NCBI RefSeq assembly: GCF_018977255.1
Contig: NW_024704743.1
Coordinates: 49,912,001 to 49,976,000 of the forward strand
Reading direction: 5' to 3'
DNA from: Callorhinchus milii
Lineage: Eukaryota
DNA length: 64,000 nt
Shown: piece after piece, positions 51,641 to 64,000 of the stretch
Position numbering within the stretch: position 1 is the first letter of the stretch
How the letters are laid out: each line of letters begins with the position of its first letter
Position numbers and translations under genes: made by a program
Notes under the pieces: generated by a model
What the model saw: only the letters and a program-made list of their open reading frames with translations
Told to the model about the DNA's origin: nothing
Database searches by the model: none

Positions 51641-51835
51641 TGCATGTTTGTGTGTGTGGTTTCTCTACCTATGTACAGGACTGGATCAGATTGCTGCATC
51701 TTGTGCTGCTCAATGAAATTACTGCACTTTGTTTCAATGCACATTCGTTTCATAACCAAAATATTTTCCAATATCTCAGCCTGACTTTACTTCCATATCT
51801 AAGTTCTGATGCAGATAAGGGGACATGTGGTTATT

Positions 51836-52140
51836 CAACAACAACAACTTGGATTTATATAGCGCCCTCCACGCCGGACAGTGTCTCAGAACGCTTTACG
51901 GTAACGGATCCCGGGACCGAGCCAGGGGGAAGTGGGGGGACGGTGACCAAGGGCGCAGTCGAAAAGAAAGATCTTCAGCAGAGACCTGAAAATGGGAAGG
52001 GAGGGAGCGAGGCGAAGGGAGTCAGGAAGGTTGTTCCAGAGCCTCGGGGCATAGTGGCTGAAGGCCCAGCCGCCGAGGGTGGAGTGGAGGACTCGGGGAC
52101 GAGGAGGAGGTCAGACCCGGAGGAACAAAGGCAACGGAGT
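51836..52140 (-). mobile_element. L2 3' end (tail type A)
   Basis: CAACTTGGATTTATATAGCGCCCTCCACGCCGGACAGTGTCTCAGAACGCTT; matches the 3' end of 2452-3873. Confidence 0.9.
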
Positions 52141-53899
52141 TCAAGCACGTGGATGAGTGGTGCTCTACTTTACGCTCATTTTGGCACCTCAGGTTAGCAT
52201 CCAGCATTTCCTGGCCATGAATAGCATAGATTAAATGCAGAATGAAGCTCCCTCTACCCAAACAATGAATCAGCTATTGCATCAGGATGACATTTTTCAA
52301 GGACTGTGAGAATCGGCTTTCAGGAGATTCATGGGAAAGAGCTTTTTACAAAGCGAGTTGTGCCTTCAGCCACTATGCCCGTACCTCTGGAACTTCCTGC
52401 CTTAATCCCTCCACCATAAATATAAGTGGTTGTTGTTGTTAATTTTGGAAACCAGCTTTTCATCAGGATTGTGTAGAGGAATCTAATCGATATGCTTGTT
52501 AGGAGCTGAAATGTAAGGTACTAGAAGGCAAATGTGAGTAAAACGCAGTTCTCCATGATATGAGATAGAGTCTGTCGATACGTATCGCACCATGTCTTGA
52601 TGTCTTGTCATTGAGACGTCTCAAAGCGCTTCACAAAATATACTGTAAAGTGAATTTAGTATATTTAGTGGACAAAGAAAGGTTCTCAAAAACTTTTTGA
52701 ATTGTACATAAACAAAACTTTGTTATATGTTCTTAAAACAGAATAGAATTAAATCCAGGATTGCTTTCTCAGGAATGCCCAATATGTATCTGCTGCTTGT
52801 TTAGAATTAAAATTCTAGAGAATGTTAAAAGTCCTGACAATTCCACCACCTCCAGTACATAGGTCACAATTAGCATCTAGATTTTATTGCAAAACTGCTT
52901 AATTATAGTGATCCAACAAAATGAGAGAAGTGAATAATGCATAAAGACCCTATAAATAATACAGCACAACCTGCATGTTGATTTTAAAGAAAAGTCAGAT
53001 ATGCTCATAATGAGTTATCATGCTGCAGTAAGGAACACTACTGCTGTTTTGCCCTTTATATTAAATTAATTGTAATTTCTCCTCTCCATGTAGATCGCAA
53101 CTGCACTTCTGCTCCAACATGTAAACAGGTATGGAAAGGATTTGCTTTCCTATAAAAAATACTTTGCATTTGATAAATACTAACTCATGTCGAAACATCT
53201 CTAACTGCTTTACAGAGTTTTTTGAGAAGTGTAATGACTGCCTTATTTGTAGGCAAACCTGGCAGTTAATTTTCAGATAGCATTGTCACACGAACAGTCA
53301 TCTAACGATAGTAGGATATGATCAAAATAAGTCACCAATATTTTTGCAGCAAATTCTGGATATTGCTTGTTTTCTGTGGAATCTCATCAGGCATCGATTT
53401 TTAAATGCACTTACTTTCTCATTATCTCAGGGTCTCAGGCAATGGGAACTGACAAAAGGGAAAAGACAAATGATAGAAAGGAGAGATCACAGCAGGCCAA
53501 AAAACAAAACAATGCTGAGAGGCACTCACAGAGTAGATGTAAGCAGGCTATTTGGCTTCGAATCTGACTGCAGAACAGAAAGACATGGATTTAAATTAAC
53601 AAGCCTCAAGCAAGACTAGAGATTAAAAGGAAATTCTTTCCCACAGACTAGTGGATATGTGGAACAGACTTGCATTTGATACTGCATAGATCCTAATAGA
53701 TTAACTCATCAAAAACAGAAAAGTATTGCATTCCAAGAGAAATATTGGGTTGGTAATGCAATTGGAGGTATGGATTTGTGGAACAGTTTGCAAATATCAG
53801 TGATATACTTTCATATCATGTCCTATAAACATTCTTATGGGAGGTTGATGCTGTGCCAGTGTGGAAAGGTCCAATAGACCCAAAGGCACCTTCAGTGAG

Positions 53900-55610
53900 A
53901 TCCCTCTTAACATTTTTTTCTGCTGCTCCACTGAATCTTTAAGCCTTTTGATCATAACAATATCTTTTAATGCCTGGTGTCACTATAGTGAATCCATGAT
54001 GCACCCTCTTAAATGCTTTGATATCCTTTCTATAATAGGGCACCCAAAACTGCCCACAATGTTTTTGGTTTTAAAGGTCCAGATATTTGCAACCTCAGAT
54101 CTCTATGTTCCCCCATTTCATTTGGAAAATCTTACTATTATGTGCAGATTTCTATTCAGTGTTCTTTTTCCTAAAATACCACCTTTGTCTTTATTGAACT
54201 TCATTTGCCACAAGCCTGTACATTTCTGGATCTTCTCCTTTAATCTCTAGAATTATTCTTCACAGTTTGTCATGCTGCCTAATCTGGCACCATCTGGGAA
54301 TGTTGACATCCTTCCCTCTGCCGGTGTCCTATTTATTTATCCTTTGTTTGGTCAGATAATTGTATGGCACACATGCAGAATTATACACGTACATAGTTTC
54401 CATTTGTCTAGTATGGAGTGAGCACTTGCTCCCAAAAGGAAGCACCTTGTTTAAACACATGTTCACAAGAGACAAGGGTTCGGGATCTCACTGTCCATTG
54501 GAGTACTAATGAAGTTTAACCAGTTAAGACTCGCCATTGCAAACACTGGCAAACTTCTTGCTGCTTGTCCAACTGCAGTGCTAAAGGGAATCAAATAAGG
54601 TTTGGATTAAATAACAATCCTGGCTGCCGCGTTTCATCCACAAAATACAGAGTCAATTCACTTTACAATATATTCTGTGAAGTGCTTTGAGACATCTCCA
54701 CAACGTGACAAGGCGCTATATCAAATGCAAGGATCATTATGATTATATTTGGTATAGAGCATTTCACGTCAAGAAGACATCTCAAAGAGCTTCAAAGGGT
54801 ACTCTATAATGTGTAGTGACTGTGCGTTTTATAGGAGAATGCCCTTTGCCACATTTAATCTCATGCCTCCAGAATACCTACCCAAGCGTCCTCCCATCAC
54901 AGCATCAAGTCCAGTGTTCTAGTCTCAACCACTCTTCCTGGTAACTTGTTCCAGTCATTAATTGCCATCTGGGTAAATAATTACTTCCTGGAACCTGCCC
55001 TGAAATAGCTTGCCAATTCAAGAAAAATCCATCTCATCCTTTCATTTGAGCCAATCATCTACTCACACTGCCTGATACTTTATTGATTAATGCATGAGCT
55101 TTAATCATCATCACACATTTTATTTGTGGTACCTATCACACATCCCCTGAGAATTCTTTATCTATATGCTCAGTGATTGCTTCACAAATGTCAACCAAAT
55201 TAGTCAAGCATGGCCTGCCTTTTACAATCATTGTTTATCCATGCTGATTAAGCCCATAACTTTCCAAATGTCCCTTAATGTTATTTCCTATTGTCTGCAG
55301 CAGTTCGCTCTGAGGCTAAGTGCTCCATAGTTACTTACCCGGTGCTTATCCATTTCGTGAACAGAGAGTAACAATCATCACTTTCTAGTACATTGGTATG
55401 ATTCTTGTTTCCGTAGAATTTCAGACTGTTTGAGTCAGTACTGAATCAATTAAAATTTTCAAGACAGAGATGTTTGTTAGTTAAGGGTATCAAGAGCTAT
55501 GGGGCAAGGGTGGGCAAATGGAGTTGAAGCACAGATCAGCCGTGATCTAGTAGAATGGGTAGAACAGGCACTGGGGAGTGAATGGCCTCCTCCGGTTCCT
55601 ATGTTCCTTG
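53900..55610. mobile_element. Patchwork of old CR1 fragments and SINE tails
   Basis: TTGAACTTCATTTGCCA, CCCAAAACTGCCCACAA (CR1 RT, minus strand); CR1 3' end at ~55440-55610. Confidence 0.55.
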
Positions 55611-55959
55611 ACACATTTATGTCCACATCATGAGGGCTGAAATTCCACCAAGTTTAAGCCTTTGAGACCATTTTTTCTTTAAATTTAAGAACACACAGAA
55701 TTGGAAAAACAAACTTAAATTCAGTCTTATTTTGGAAGCTTGTAGTTTTTGTTTAAAAGTGGCTATGTCAGGACTTTGAACTCATAGGCCTATTTTCCAA
55801 TGATGTAGCAGTGCCATTCTACCAATGGGACATTAAACAAAGGTTCCTTCTGCTTTTTCAGGTAGATGTTAAAGATCCCATACCAATATTTGAAATGAAA
55901 AGGGAATTCATCCCAGTGACAGGACTCGAAAGGTTCTGGGTTTCCATACTTGGAATCCA

Positions 55960-56290
55960 TACAGTCTAAGCTGATACTCCAGTGCAGTTCTCTGGCTGTA
56001 AAGGAATATCATCTTAGAGGTGCCTTTCATTGGATGAGATGTTAAACTAAGTCCATCAATTCAGCTTGACGTTAATGATCCATGGCTCTATTCAAAAAGA
56101 GAAAGGAGTTTCTCCTGATTTCCTGGCCAACAATCCCCCAATAAAATTGATCATTCCTTTCATGGCTGTGTGTGAGACATTACTGCATGCTACTAGCTGT
56201 TATATTAGCTTACAAATACACAATCACTATACTTTACAGTAAATCCTGTAAACAGCCTTGAGACATCTTTCCATTGCGAAAGGTGTTATT
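55960..56290 (+). mobile_element. Deu-domain SINE (another fragment at ~55770-55915)
   Basis: GGATGAGATGTTAAAC...GATCCCATGGC...TCCTGGCCAAC. Confidence 0.7.
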
Positions 56291-57091
56291 ATCTTATCCT
56301 TCTCTTTCTTCTTCTTATTATTATTAAATGACTGCTAGGTTAATGGTTTAAAAATGTCTTTACTGCAGTGTTAAAGCATGGATAAGCTATTGCCATCCTA
56401 TTAAATGTGAGCCAATTTGAAAGTGCAAAAATTGCCAGTATTTATTCCATCTCAATAGCAAAGTGAGAATTAGGGTCAGCTTGAATGTCTGTTTTGTCAC
56501 TGAAAAATAAATCCAATCAAACTCTGAATTGCCCAATTTTGACTTCAGTCTTTGCTTCCAAAATGCAGACTAATGCAGATTCCACGACTAGACTTGCACC
56601 ATTCAGTTTCCATCTTATTCACCTACATTTGAACCACAAAAGTAGAAATTCTGTTGGTTAAAGGTGGAAAAGCAGAGAATTTTTTTGTCCTGGGGAAATT
56701 GTGTTGAAGTCTACATAAGAAAGAGGTTAATCCATCTCTGAAATGCTCTGAGCACAAAAAGCTAACACATGAATGGAATGTGCTGATTGCAATGACTGTT
56801 TTATTAACCCAACCAGGTTGTACATGGATGTAATTAGCTCTGGGTCGTACACTGATTTATTTTGTAATGTGGATTCTAAGGGCTAAAGCAGCACTGTCAA
56901 TCTGACAGGTTTAATCAGCCTACGTAAATTAATACAGTGCATGTAGAGAATTCAAGACTTCTAGAGGGAGAAATACTGTGTAGGTCTAGACTCAGATTTT
57001 TTTCTTAGAATTTCAGAAAGTGCAAATTTCGGGCAATTTTTAAAATTTTGTCTTAATTTTGAAGCTGTTTTTCTATAGTTCTTAAAGGAAC

Positions 57092-59155
57092 CACAACAAC
57101 AAAATTACATTTATAGAGCGCCTTTCACGTCGGGAGGACGTCCTAAAGTGCTGAACAGTCAGATGTCGGTGCCTGAGCATGGGGGAGGGGTGTTGTAGGC
57201 GTGAGGGAAGGCAGAGAGGTGGGAGGGAGACCAAAGGCATGGTTGAAGAGAAGGGTGTTGAGACTGGCCTTGAAGGATGCAAGGGAGGAAGTGAGGCGAA
57301 GGGACCATGGGATGGAGTTCCAGAGTGTGGGAGCAGAGAGGCTAAAAGCCCGGCCACCGATGGTAGGGCGGGTTGGGCGGGAGACATGGATGGCCTTAAA
57401 GGTGAGGACGAGGATCTTGAACTTGATCCCCTGGGGGATGGGGAGCCAGTGGAGTCAGGCAAGGGTGGTGTGTGAGAGTACACGAGCTGCAGAGTTTTGG
57501 ATGATCTGCAGCTTGTGAAGGGAAGAGTTGGGAAGGCCCATGAGGAGAGAGTTCCTGTAATCGAGCCTTAAGGTGACGAATGCGTGGGTGAGGGTTTCGG
57601 CAGCCTGAGGGGTGAGGCAGTGGCAGAGTCTGGCAATGTTGCGGAGGTGGTGGTAGGCAGTGCCGGTCATGGCGCGGATGTGGGGGAGAAAGGACAGTTC
57701 AGGGTCAAACAAGACACCCAGGTTCCTGACTGGCTTAGTGGGGTTGAGTGTGCAGCCGTGGAGGCTGATGCTGTCAGCGCCTGAGGTGCGGAGGCACTGG
57801 CACGAGCCAATCAGGAGGGCCTCGGTCTTGCTGATGTTGAGTTGGAGAAAGTTGGCCCTCATCCAGGACTTGTTGTTGGACAGGACCTCAGTAATCCTGG
57901 AGTTCAGGATGGAGGCAGAGAGGTAGAGTTGGGTGTCATCTGCATACATGTGGAAATTTACCCCATGTTTGCGGATGACGTCACCAAGGGGAAGCATGTA
58001 GAGGGTGAAGAGGAGTGGACCAAGGACAGAGGCCTGAGGAACACCGCACGAGACAGTGCGGGGGTTGGAGGAGAAACCGTTTGCTGCAACAAAGTGGAGG
58101 CAGTGTGAAAGGTAGGACCTGAACCAGTCAAGGACAGAACCTTGAAGGTTGAGGTGGGAGGAGAGGCAGTGGAGGAGGATTGAGTGTCAAAGGCGGTGGA
58201 GAGGTCGAGGAGAACGAGGAGGCAGAGGGAGCCCTGGTCACACATGGTCAGGATGTCATTTGTGACCTTGGCCAGAGCAGTTTCCGTGCTGTGGGCAGCC
58301 CGGAAACCCGATTGGAGGGGTTCATGGAGGGAGTGAGAGGGGAGGAAAGTGCGAAGCTGGGAGGCAACGGCTCTCTCAAGGACCTTGGATAGGAAAGGGA
58401 GATTTGAGATGGGCTGGTAGCTGGATAGCTGTGATGGGTCGAGGGAAGGTTTTTCAAGGTGGGGCTGATAGTGACTGTTTTGAGGAAGGAAGGAATAGTG
58501 CCAGATGACATGGAGAGGTTAATGATGTTTGCGAGTAGTAGGGCAAGGAATTGGAGCTGGGATTTAAGGAGAGGGGTGGGGATGGGGTCAAAGGAGCAGG
58601 TGGTGGGCTTCATGGAGGTTACCGTGTTGAAGACAGAGGAGGGGTTGACAGGTTCAAAGGTACGGAAGGAGGGATGGGTAATTGTCGGATGGGTAATTGT
58701 GTGGGGTGGGGGTAGGGAGGGGTGGAAGTTGGGAGGGCAGTGGCAGCTGAGCGGATTCCCTTGATTTTGGACTCGAGGAAGTCCAGCATTTTCTCGCAGT
58801 GAGAATCGGAGGAAAGTATCTGTGAGGTGTGTCAGGGAGGGCGGAGGAGTAGGCTAGTGGTGGAGAACAGGAGCCTGGGATTGCCTTTCGCCTCCAGGAT
58901 TAAGCTGGAATAGAAGGATGATTTGGCTGAAGCGAGAGCGGTTTGGTAGGTCTGGATGAGGTCCAGCCAGATGTGGCGGTGGACCATTAGGCTGGATTTG
59001 AGCCAAGTGGGCTCGGCAGACCGCACCTGGCCCTTAAGCAAGTGGAGGTGGCTGGTGAACCAGGGTGAGGATCGGGAATAGGAGGCAGTTCAGGAGGTGA
59101 GGGGGGCAAGGACATTGAGTGTGGTGGAGAGTGTGCTATGGAGAAGAGTGAGTGC
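57092..59155 (-). mobile_element. Longest L2 copy in the window (~2 kb, 5'-truncated, frameshifted, internally deleted)
   Basis: [54 protein letters not shown]; type B tail. Confidence 0.95.
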
Positions 59156-59387
59156 AGAACCTAATAGAAAACTTGTTTTGGGTTTACAAACAGTATAGGG
59201 GGCACTGATTATAAAAACAAAGAAACGCTGTTAAATCTATATTCGAAAGTTATCAAATAGGAAATGCTTCGCATCAAATGACTAACATAACTTAAAAGGA
59301 ATTGAACATTCATTTAACATGACAGTTTAGATAACGGTACATGGAAAGCATGTATTTGGGATTAAAGTAATAATACTTCCATTTAGT

Positions 59388-59757
59388 ATAATAATAATAA
59401 TGCTTGCATTTGATATAGCGCCTTATCATATCTTCCAGACATCTCAAAGAGCTTCACAGAATATACTGTATAGTGAATTGACTGTATATTTTGTGAGTGA
59501 AATGCAGCAGTCAATTGCGCACAGCAGTGTCCCACAAACAGTCATGGATTGAGTGACGAATTTATTATTTTTTTAAGGAATTATTAATCCGGAAAAGCGA
59601 TCAAATAATCGACTAACAACCGGGTTCCTACTTATAGCTAGGTAAACAGAGGTGTGTGGAGTCAGGAAACTTGCCCAATATTTCGCCCTGCCAGGAATAG
59701 AACCCAGGTCTCTCGCTTGCAAGGTGAGTGCTCTAACCACTGAGCTACAGGACTCCA
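59388..59757 (-). mobile_element. tRNA-Ala SINE, full-length long variant
   Basis: Head, CTCTGTTTACCTAGC...GGAACCCGGTTGTTAGTCGAT segment and older tail. Confidence 0.9.
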
Positions 59758-59769
59758 TATAGCACCCAT

Positions 59770-60185
59770 AATGTCTCAAAGTGCCTTGAACAGTTCCTGT
59801 AAAGTGTAGTGTCTATGTATTTGTAGGTGAATGCAACAACTAATTTGCACACAACAGTGTTGCACAAACAGATATGAAGCGAATGACCGTTTTTTCCTTG
59901 AGGATTGTTGGAGGGCACTACAAGAAACTTTTTTCCCTTATTCAACTGCGACATAGGAATTTTAACATCCATTTTAACATTCAGACAAGATCTCAGTTTC
60001 ACATTTCATCTGAAGGATAATAATGACATAACAGTGATAAGGACTTCTGACAGTGCAGTACCCTCCAGCACTGCAATGTAGTGTCATATCGTTACTAGGC
60101 TATAAGTTCAAAGTCCTGATGCAAAGCTTCCACCCACACATTTCTGACCTAGATATGAGAGTGCTACTTACTGAGTCAGATTGAC
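59770..60185 (-). mobile_element. Decayed Deu-domain SINE
   Basis: Reverse complement of the Deu core and tRNA-like head (AGAGTGCTAC...CTGAG). Confidence 0.6.
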
Positions 60186-60347
60186 ACCTGTTTAAAGAAG
60201 CAAGCTCCAGTGAATCAACTACCAGCAATTTAAACTCGATAGGCTGAGTATCCACATCTAAACTAAGGTTTCTATAACTTTTTGATTCCATTTTTACTGT
60301 TGTTCAAGTCGAGGTGATTGATCAGCAAGCTTTGGAAGTTCCAACAT

Positions 60348-60890
60348 ACAATAACAATAACAACAACAACAAAATTACATTTATATGGTATCTTTCACAT
60401 CGGGAGGACATCCCAAGGCGCTGGACAGTCAGAGTTTCGGACCCGAGCTGGGGGTCAGAATCGGGGAGGTGGAGGGCAGGAGGGAAGCAGGGTGATTGAA
60501 AGCATGGTCGAAGAGGAGGGTCCTGAGATGGGTCTTGAAGGTGGCAAGGGAGGGGGGCGAGAGACTGTGTTATTAGTGGGGCGAGCGATGCATGGAATGT
60601 GAAGCAGGCTGGAGCCCATTGAGCAGAAGGAGCGGGCAGGATGGTAGGGGGTTAAGAGATCGCAGAGGTAGGGTGGAGCAAGACCATGGAGGGTTTTGAA
60701 GGTGAGGACCAGGATCGTGAACTGTATCTCTGTGTGATGGGAAGCCTGTGGAGTCGGGCGAGGATGGGGGTGATAAGAGTCACGGAGTCTGGTGCGGGAG
60801 AGGACACGGGCTGCAGAGTTCTGGATGATCTGCAGCCTACGGAGAGGAGTTGGGGAGGCCGACAAGCAAGGAGTTTGCATAGTCAAGATT
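60348..60890 (-). mobile_element. L2 3' portion
   Basis: [27 protein letters not shown]; type B tail. Confidence 0.9.
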
Positions 60891-61640
60891 CGACTGGTAA
60901 CCGGTAAAATTACCAGTATGTAAATTTAAGTATTGAGGGCTTATGGACAGGGATATGGATTTGGTAACTGACTAGAATAGGAATTATTGGAGTATTTTAT
61001 TGGTATTGAAGAACCACATCATTTAATTATAACCTCCAATTTAAAACATTTACTGGAGGGAACAATTTCTGTACAATAACTCCCTTTATTCTTTAGGTTA
61101 GGGATTCCTTCTGGTTTGGATGTAAAGGAATAGTGTCCCAATCACAAGGGCAGCACACATCCACTTGAAATCATTGTTTCAAACACTGTAAAAAGTATTT
61201 AAGAACAATCATGGGTTAACTTACAGGCAAATAAACTCTTAGGTAACAATATTAATGTTGTTTTAGCCTGCAGCGTTCAACAACGACAACAACATTACAT
61301 TTGTATTTACATATATTGCAAGTAAAACCTATGGGGTAACACAAGTTTATTCACCACTTTACACCCACTTTCCAGAAAGCCACTGGGTCTCTTTGTGACC
61401 TTTCAGGATTCCTTGCATCAACAATCGTCCACAGCAATTATTGGCTGAAAGAAATCTGTTTAATGAATGCTCCAGAGTTACCAATGATTAGCTATCTAAC
61501 ATAACATCTGGGACTACAGGAAATCCATCACTTTCAAACAACTAACACAAAGTGATGCTGTCGTGATATAATGCAGGAAGCAACAGAGCATTTGAATTTC
61601 AAATTGTTTTTCAGGAATAACAAATAATTTATAATAATTC

Positions 61641-61961
61641 CCTCTGCTCAGCGGGCTCCAGCCTGCTTCACCTCCCCAGCCTCACTCACCCCATTATTGG
61701 TGGGTGGGTCTTCTACCACTCTGCCCTCACCCTCTGGAACTCCATCCTGCAGTCCCTCCGCCTTGTCCCCTCCCTTGCCTCCTGCAAGACCCATCTCAAG
61801 ACCCTTCTCTTTGACCGTGCTTTCAATCTCCCTGCTTCACCACCTGCCCTCCACCCTCACCCACTACGACCCCCAGCTCGGGTCCGTAACTCTGTCTGTC
61901 CAGCGCCTTGGGACGTCCTCTCAACATGAAAGCTACTATACAAATGTAATTTTGTTGTTGT
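61641..61961 (+). mobile_element. L2 3' end
   Basis: CTCTGGAACTCCATCC...CAGCGCCTTGGGACGTCC...(TTG)n. Confidence 0.88.
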
Positions 61962-62283
61962 ACAAGAATTTATGCACTCTCCCTCTACAAAGAGGGGGCA
62001 AGGCAGAGGGATTGAGGCATGGATTCCCAGAGTTTTAGGACACAGTGACTGAATGCATGGCTATTGATGATGGGAAGGAAGTATTGAGGGATGTGCAGAA
62101 GACTAGAGCGAAGGGAATGGGTAGGGAATGGATGTGCATAAGTTTGAGAGGTAAGGAGGTATCTCGACATGAAGTGACAGTTCACAGGTAAGGTATTTAA
62201 AATTGTTTATTTTTGACTTTTAGAAATTATTTTGCACTCTTGACTCTTGATTGTTATAATTATAACAGTTAGTGTGATATAGT

Positions 62284-62591
62284 AATAATAATAATCCTTG
62301 CATTTGATATAGCGCTTTTCACGTCGGGAGGACGTCCCAAAGCGCTTCACAGAACACACTGTAAAGTGAATTGACTGTATATTTGTGGGCGAACGCGGCA
62401 GCCAATTGCGCACAGCAATGTCCCACAAACAGTCGTAGATTGAAAATGACCAATTTATTATTGTTTTTTTTGGATTATTATTAGGCATGTGGAGTAAGGA
62501 AACTTGCCCAAGGTTTTGCCCTGCCTGGAATTGAACTCGGGTCTCTCGCTTGCAAAGCGAGTGCTCTAACCACTGAGCTACAGGACTCCAC
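62284..62591 (-). mobile_element. Full-length young tRNA-Ala SINE
   Basis: Intact A/B boxes and type B L2 tail loop. Confidence 0.95.
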
Positions 62592-62627
62592 ATCTGAAAT
62601 AAGTGGGTTTCTCTTGGTGTCACAACT

Positions 62628-63000
62628 ACATAGAGAATATGGCACGGAAACAGGCCATTCAGACCAACTGGACCATAACAGTGTTTAAATTCCATACAAA
62701 TCGCGTATTCCCCTCTCCTATACCCCTCTATTCTCAAGGCATGTCTCAAAACCCTCTTCTTCGACCGAACCTTTGGCCACCCTCCTACCCTCCCTGCCTT
62801 CCACCCTTCCCGATCCTGACCGCCAGCTCGGGTCCAAATCCCTGACTGTCCAGCACCTTCGGACATCCTCCTGCCATGAAAGGCGCTATACAAATGTAAT
62901 TTTGTATTGCATTGTATTCCCTGCTCCCTCATGTATGCATCAAGTTTCCTCTTAAATACGCTGATGCTTTTGGCTTCAACAGAGATCAGCGCATTGGGCA
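62628..63000. mobile_element. CR1 3' end (-) interrupted by an L2 3' end (+, ~62745-62905)
   Basis: CATAGAGAATATGGCACGGAAACAGGCCATTC; VEAKSISVFKRKLDAYM after the L2 piece. Confidence 0.8.
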
Positions 63001-63561
63001 AACGTATATCAACCTGGCTGAGTTGGTAGAACTCTTGCCTCCGATTCAGAGAGATTAATATTGTTATCATCGTTATTATCGTCAGCTTATGATACACTGA
63101 ATGTACAGAGCACAGTAACCTCTATCGATCCAGATTCAGTAATACAGGATCATATTATATTGGAGATTTCTTTTTTTTTAAATCAAGTGGATAATTCACA
63201 GATTTGTTGTTCATTTTCTGATGTCTAAATATTTTTGTGAAAACAGTGAGTGATTATAACATCATCAAGAATTTTATGTTTGCGATGTTTTGGCAAAACA
63301 ACACTTCAGAGAGTGTATGAAAGGAAGCTGATGCCTCTAAACAACGTATAAATGGACGACATTCATTGACCACAGCTGGATGTGGATGCAAGCCATAAGA
63401 ATCCTTTTCAATCACTCAGGAAAACAATTCTGCAGCACTGTTTTGCTTAGCAACAGAGGGCTACCAGACACTCATGGAGAAACCTTCAAAATAAAATTAT
63501 TTTACGAACAGACTTTTAGCTAAAAAAATATGTTGGGGCATCTTTTACAGTAAGTACTTAC

Positions 63562-63644
63562 CCCTAGAGTTTGCTTGTCTGTTCACAACACTTAAAATCC
63601 CAGCTTCAGTGCCATGTGTGTTTTTCTTTGTGACCAAACTCACT
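63562..63644 (-). other. Candidate 83-nt spliced exon
   Basis: Acceptor TTCCTTTTTAATTTACAG and donor GG|GTAAGT; one open frame. Confidence 0.3.
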
Positions 63645-63689
63645 CTGTAAATTAAAAAGGAATAATTAGATATTTTAGGCAGCAACCTG

Positions 63690-64000
63690 GTTGATTGGGA
63701 GTTCAAGCCCCACATCAGGATTTTGAGCTATTAGTCTAGGCTGACACTCCAGTACAAGGCATGGACTGTTCTGTATTTTTGGAAATGCCATACTTTGGAT
63801 GAGACATTAAACCAAATGCAGTATGCCTGTTCAGGTGGACATTAAAAATCCCATGATGCTATTCAAAAAGAGGAGGGAGTTTTGGGGGCCAGCAATCCCC
63901 CAAATAAAATTGGTCATTAACTCCAAGGCTCTTTGAGGGACATTGCTGTGTACAAATTGGCTGCCATGTTCAGCTACAAATACACAGACACTGCACATCC
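63690..64000 (+). mobile_element. Deu-domain SINE
   Basis: GTTCAAGCCCCAC...TCTAGGCTGACACTCCAG...GGATGAGACATTAAACC...AAATCCCATG. Confidence 0.75.

Noticed and set aside
53094..53128. 35-nt plus-strand segment with good acceptor and GTATGG donor
   Set aside because: Isolated and too short to assess; pseudo-exons like this are common
62207..63097. Longest ORF in the window (296 aa)
   Set aside because: Reads through CR1, antisense L2 and SINE pieces; a chance chimera of repeats with no coherent domain

Overview
Repeat-dense eukaryotic DNA, most likely intronic or intergenic. No intact protein-coding gene could be identified. The repeat content is L2 and CR1 LINE fragments, Deu-domain SINEs, a young tRNA-Ala-headed SINE with an L2-type tail, and shark-type palindromic Penelope-like remnants. 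This points to a cartilaginous fish, probably a chimaera such as the elephant shark (inference). Main elements: (1) many 5'-truncated L2 and CR1 copies; (2) a 2.0-kb decayed hAT (Buster/Charlie-type) transposon with TIRs and a perfect 8-bp TSD; (3) at least three structural generations of the tRNA-Ala SINE; (4) an unclassified ~570-bp dispersed repeat; (5) two fold-back elements with decayed minimal hammerhead-ribozyme cores on both strands, the best candidate for an interesting system; (6) three locally templated insertions copied from 0.8-2.4 kb away. A few minus-strand exon candidates exist but cannot be assigned to a gene. Most ORFs in the track are repeat-derived. Boundaries of old repeats are approximate, and family names come from motif recognition, not a database search.
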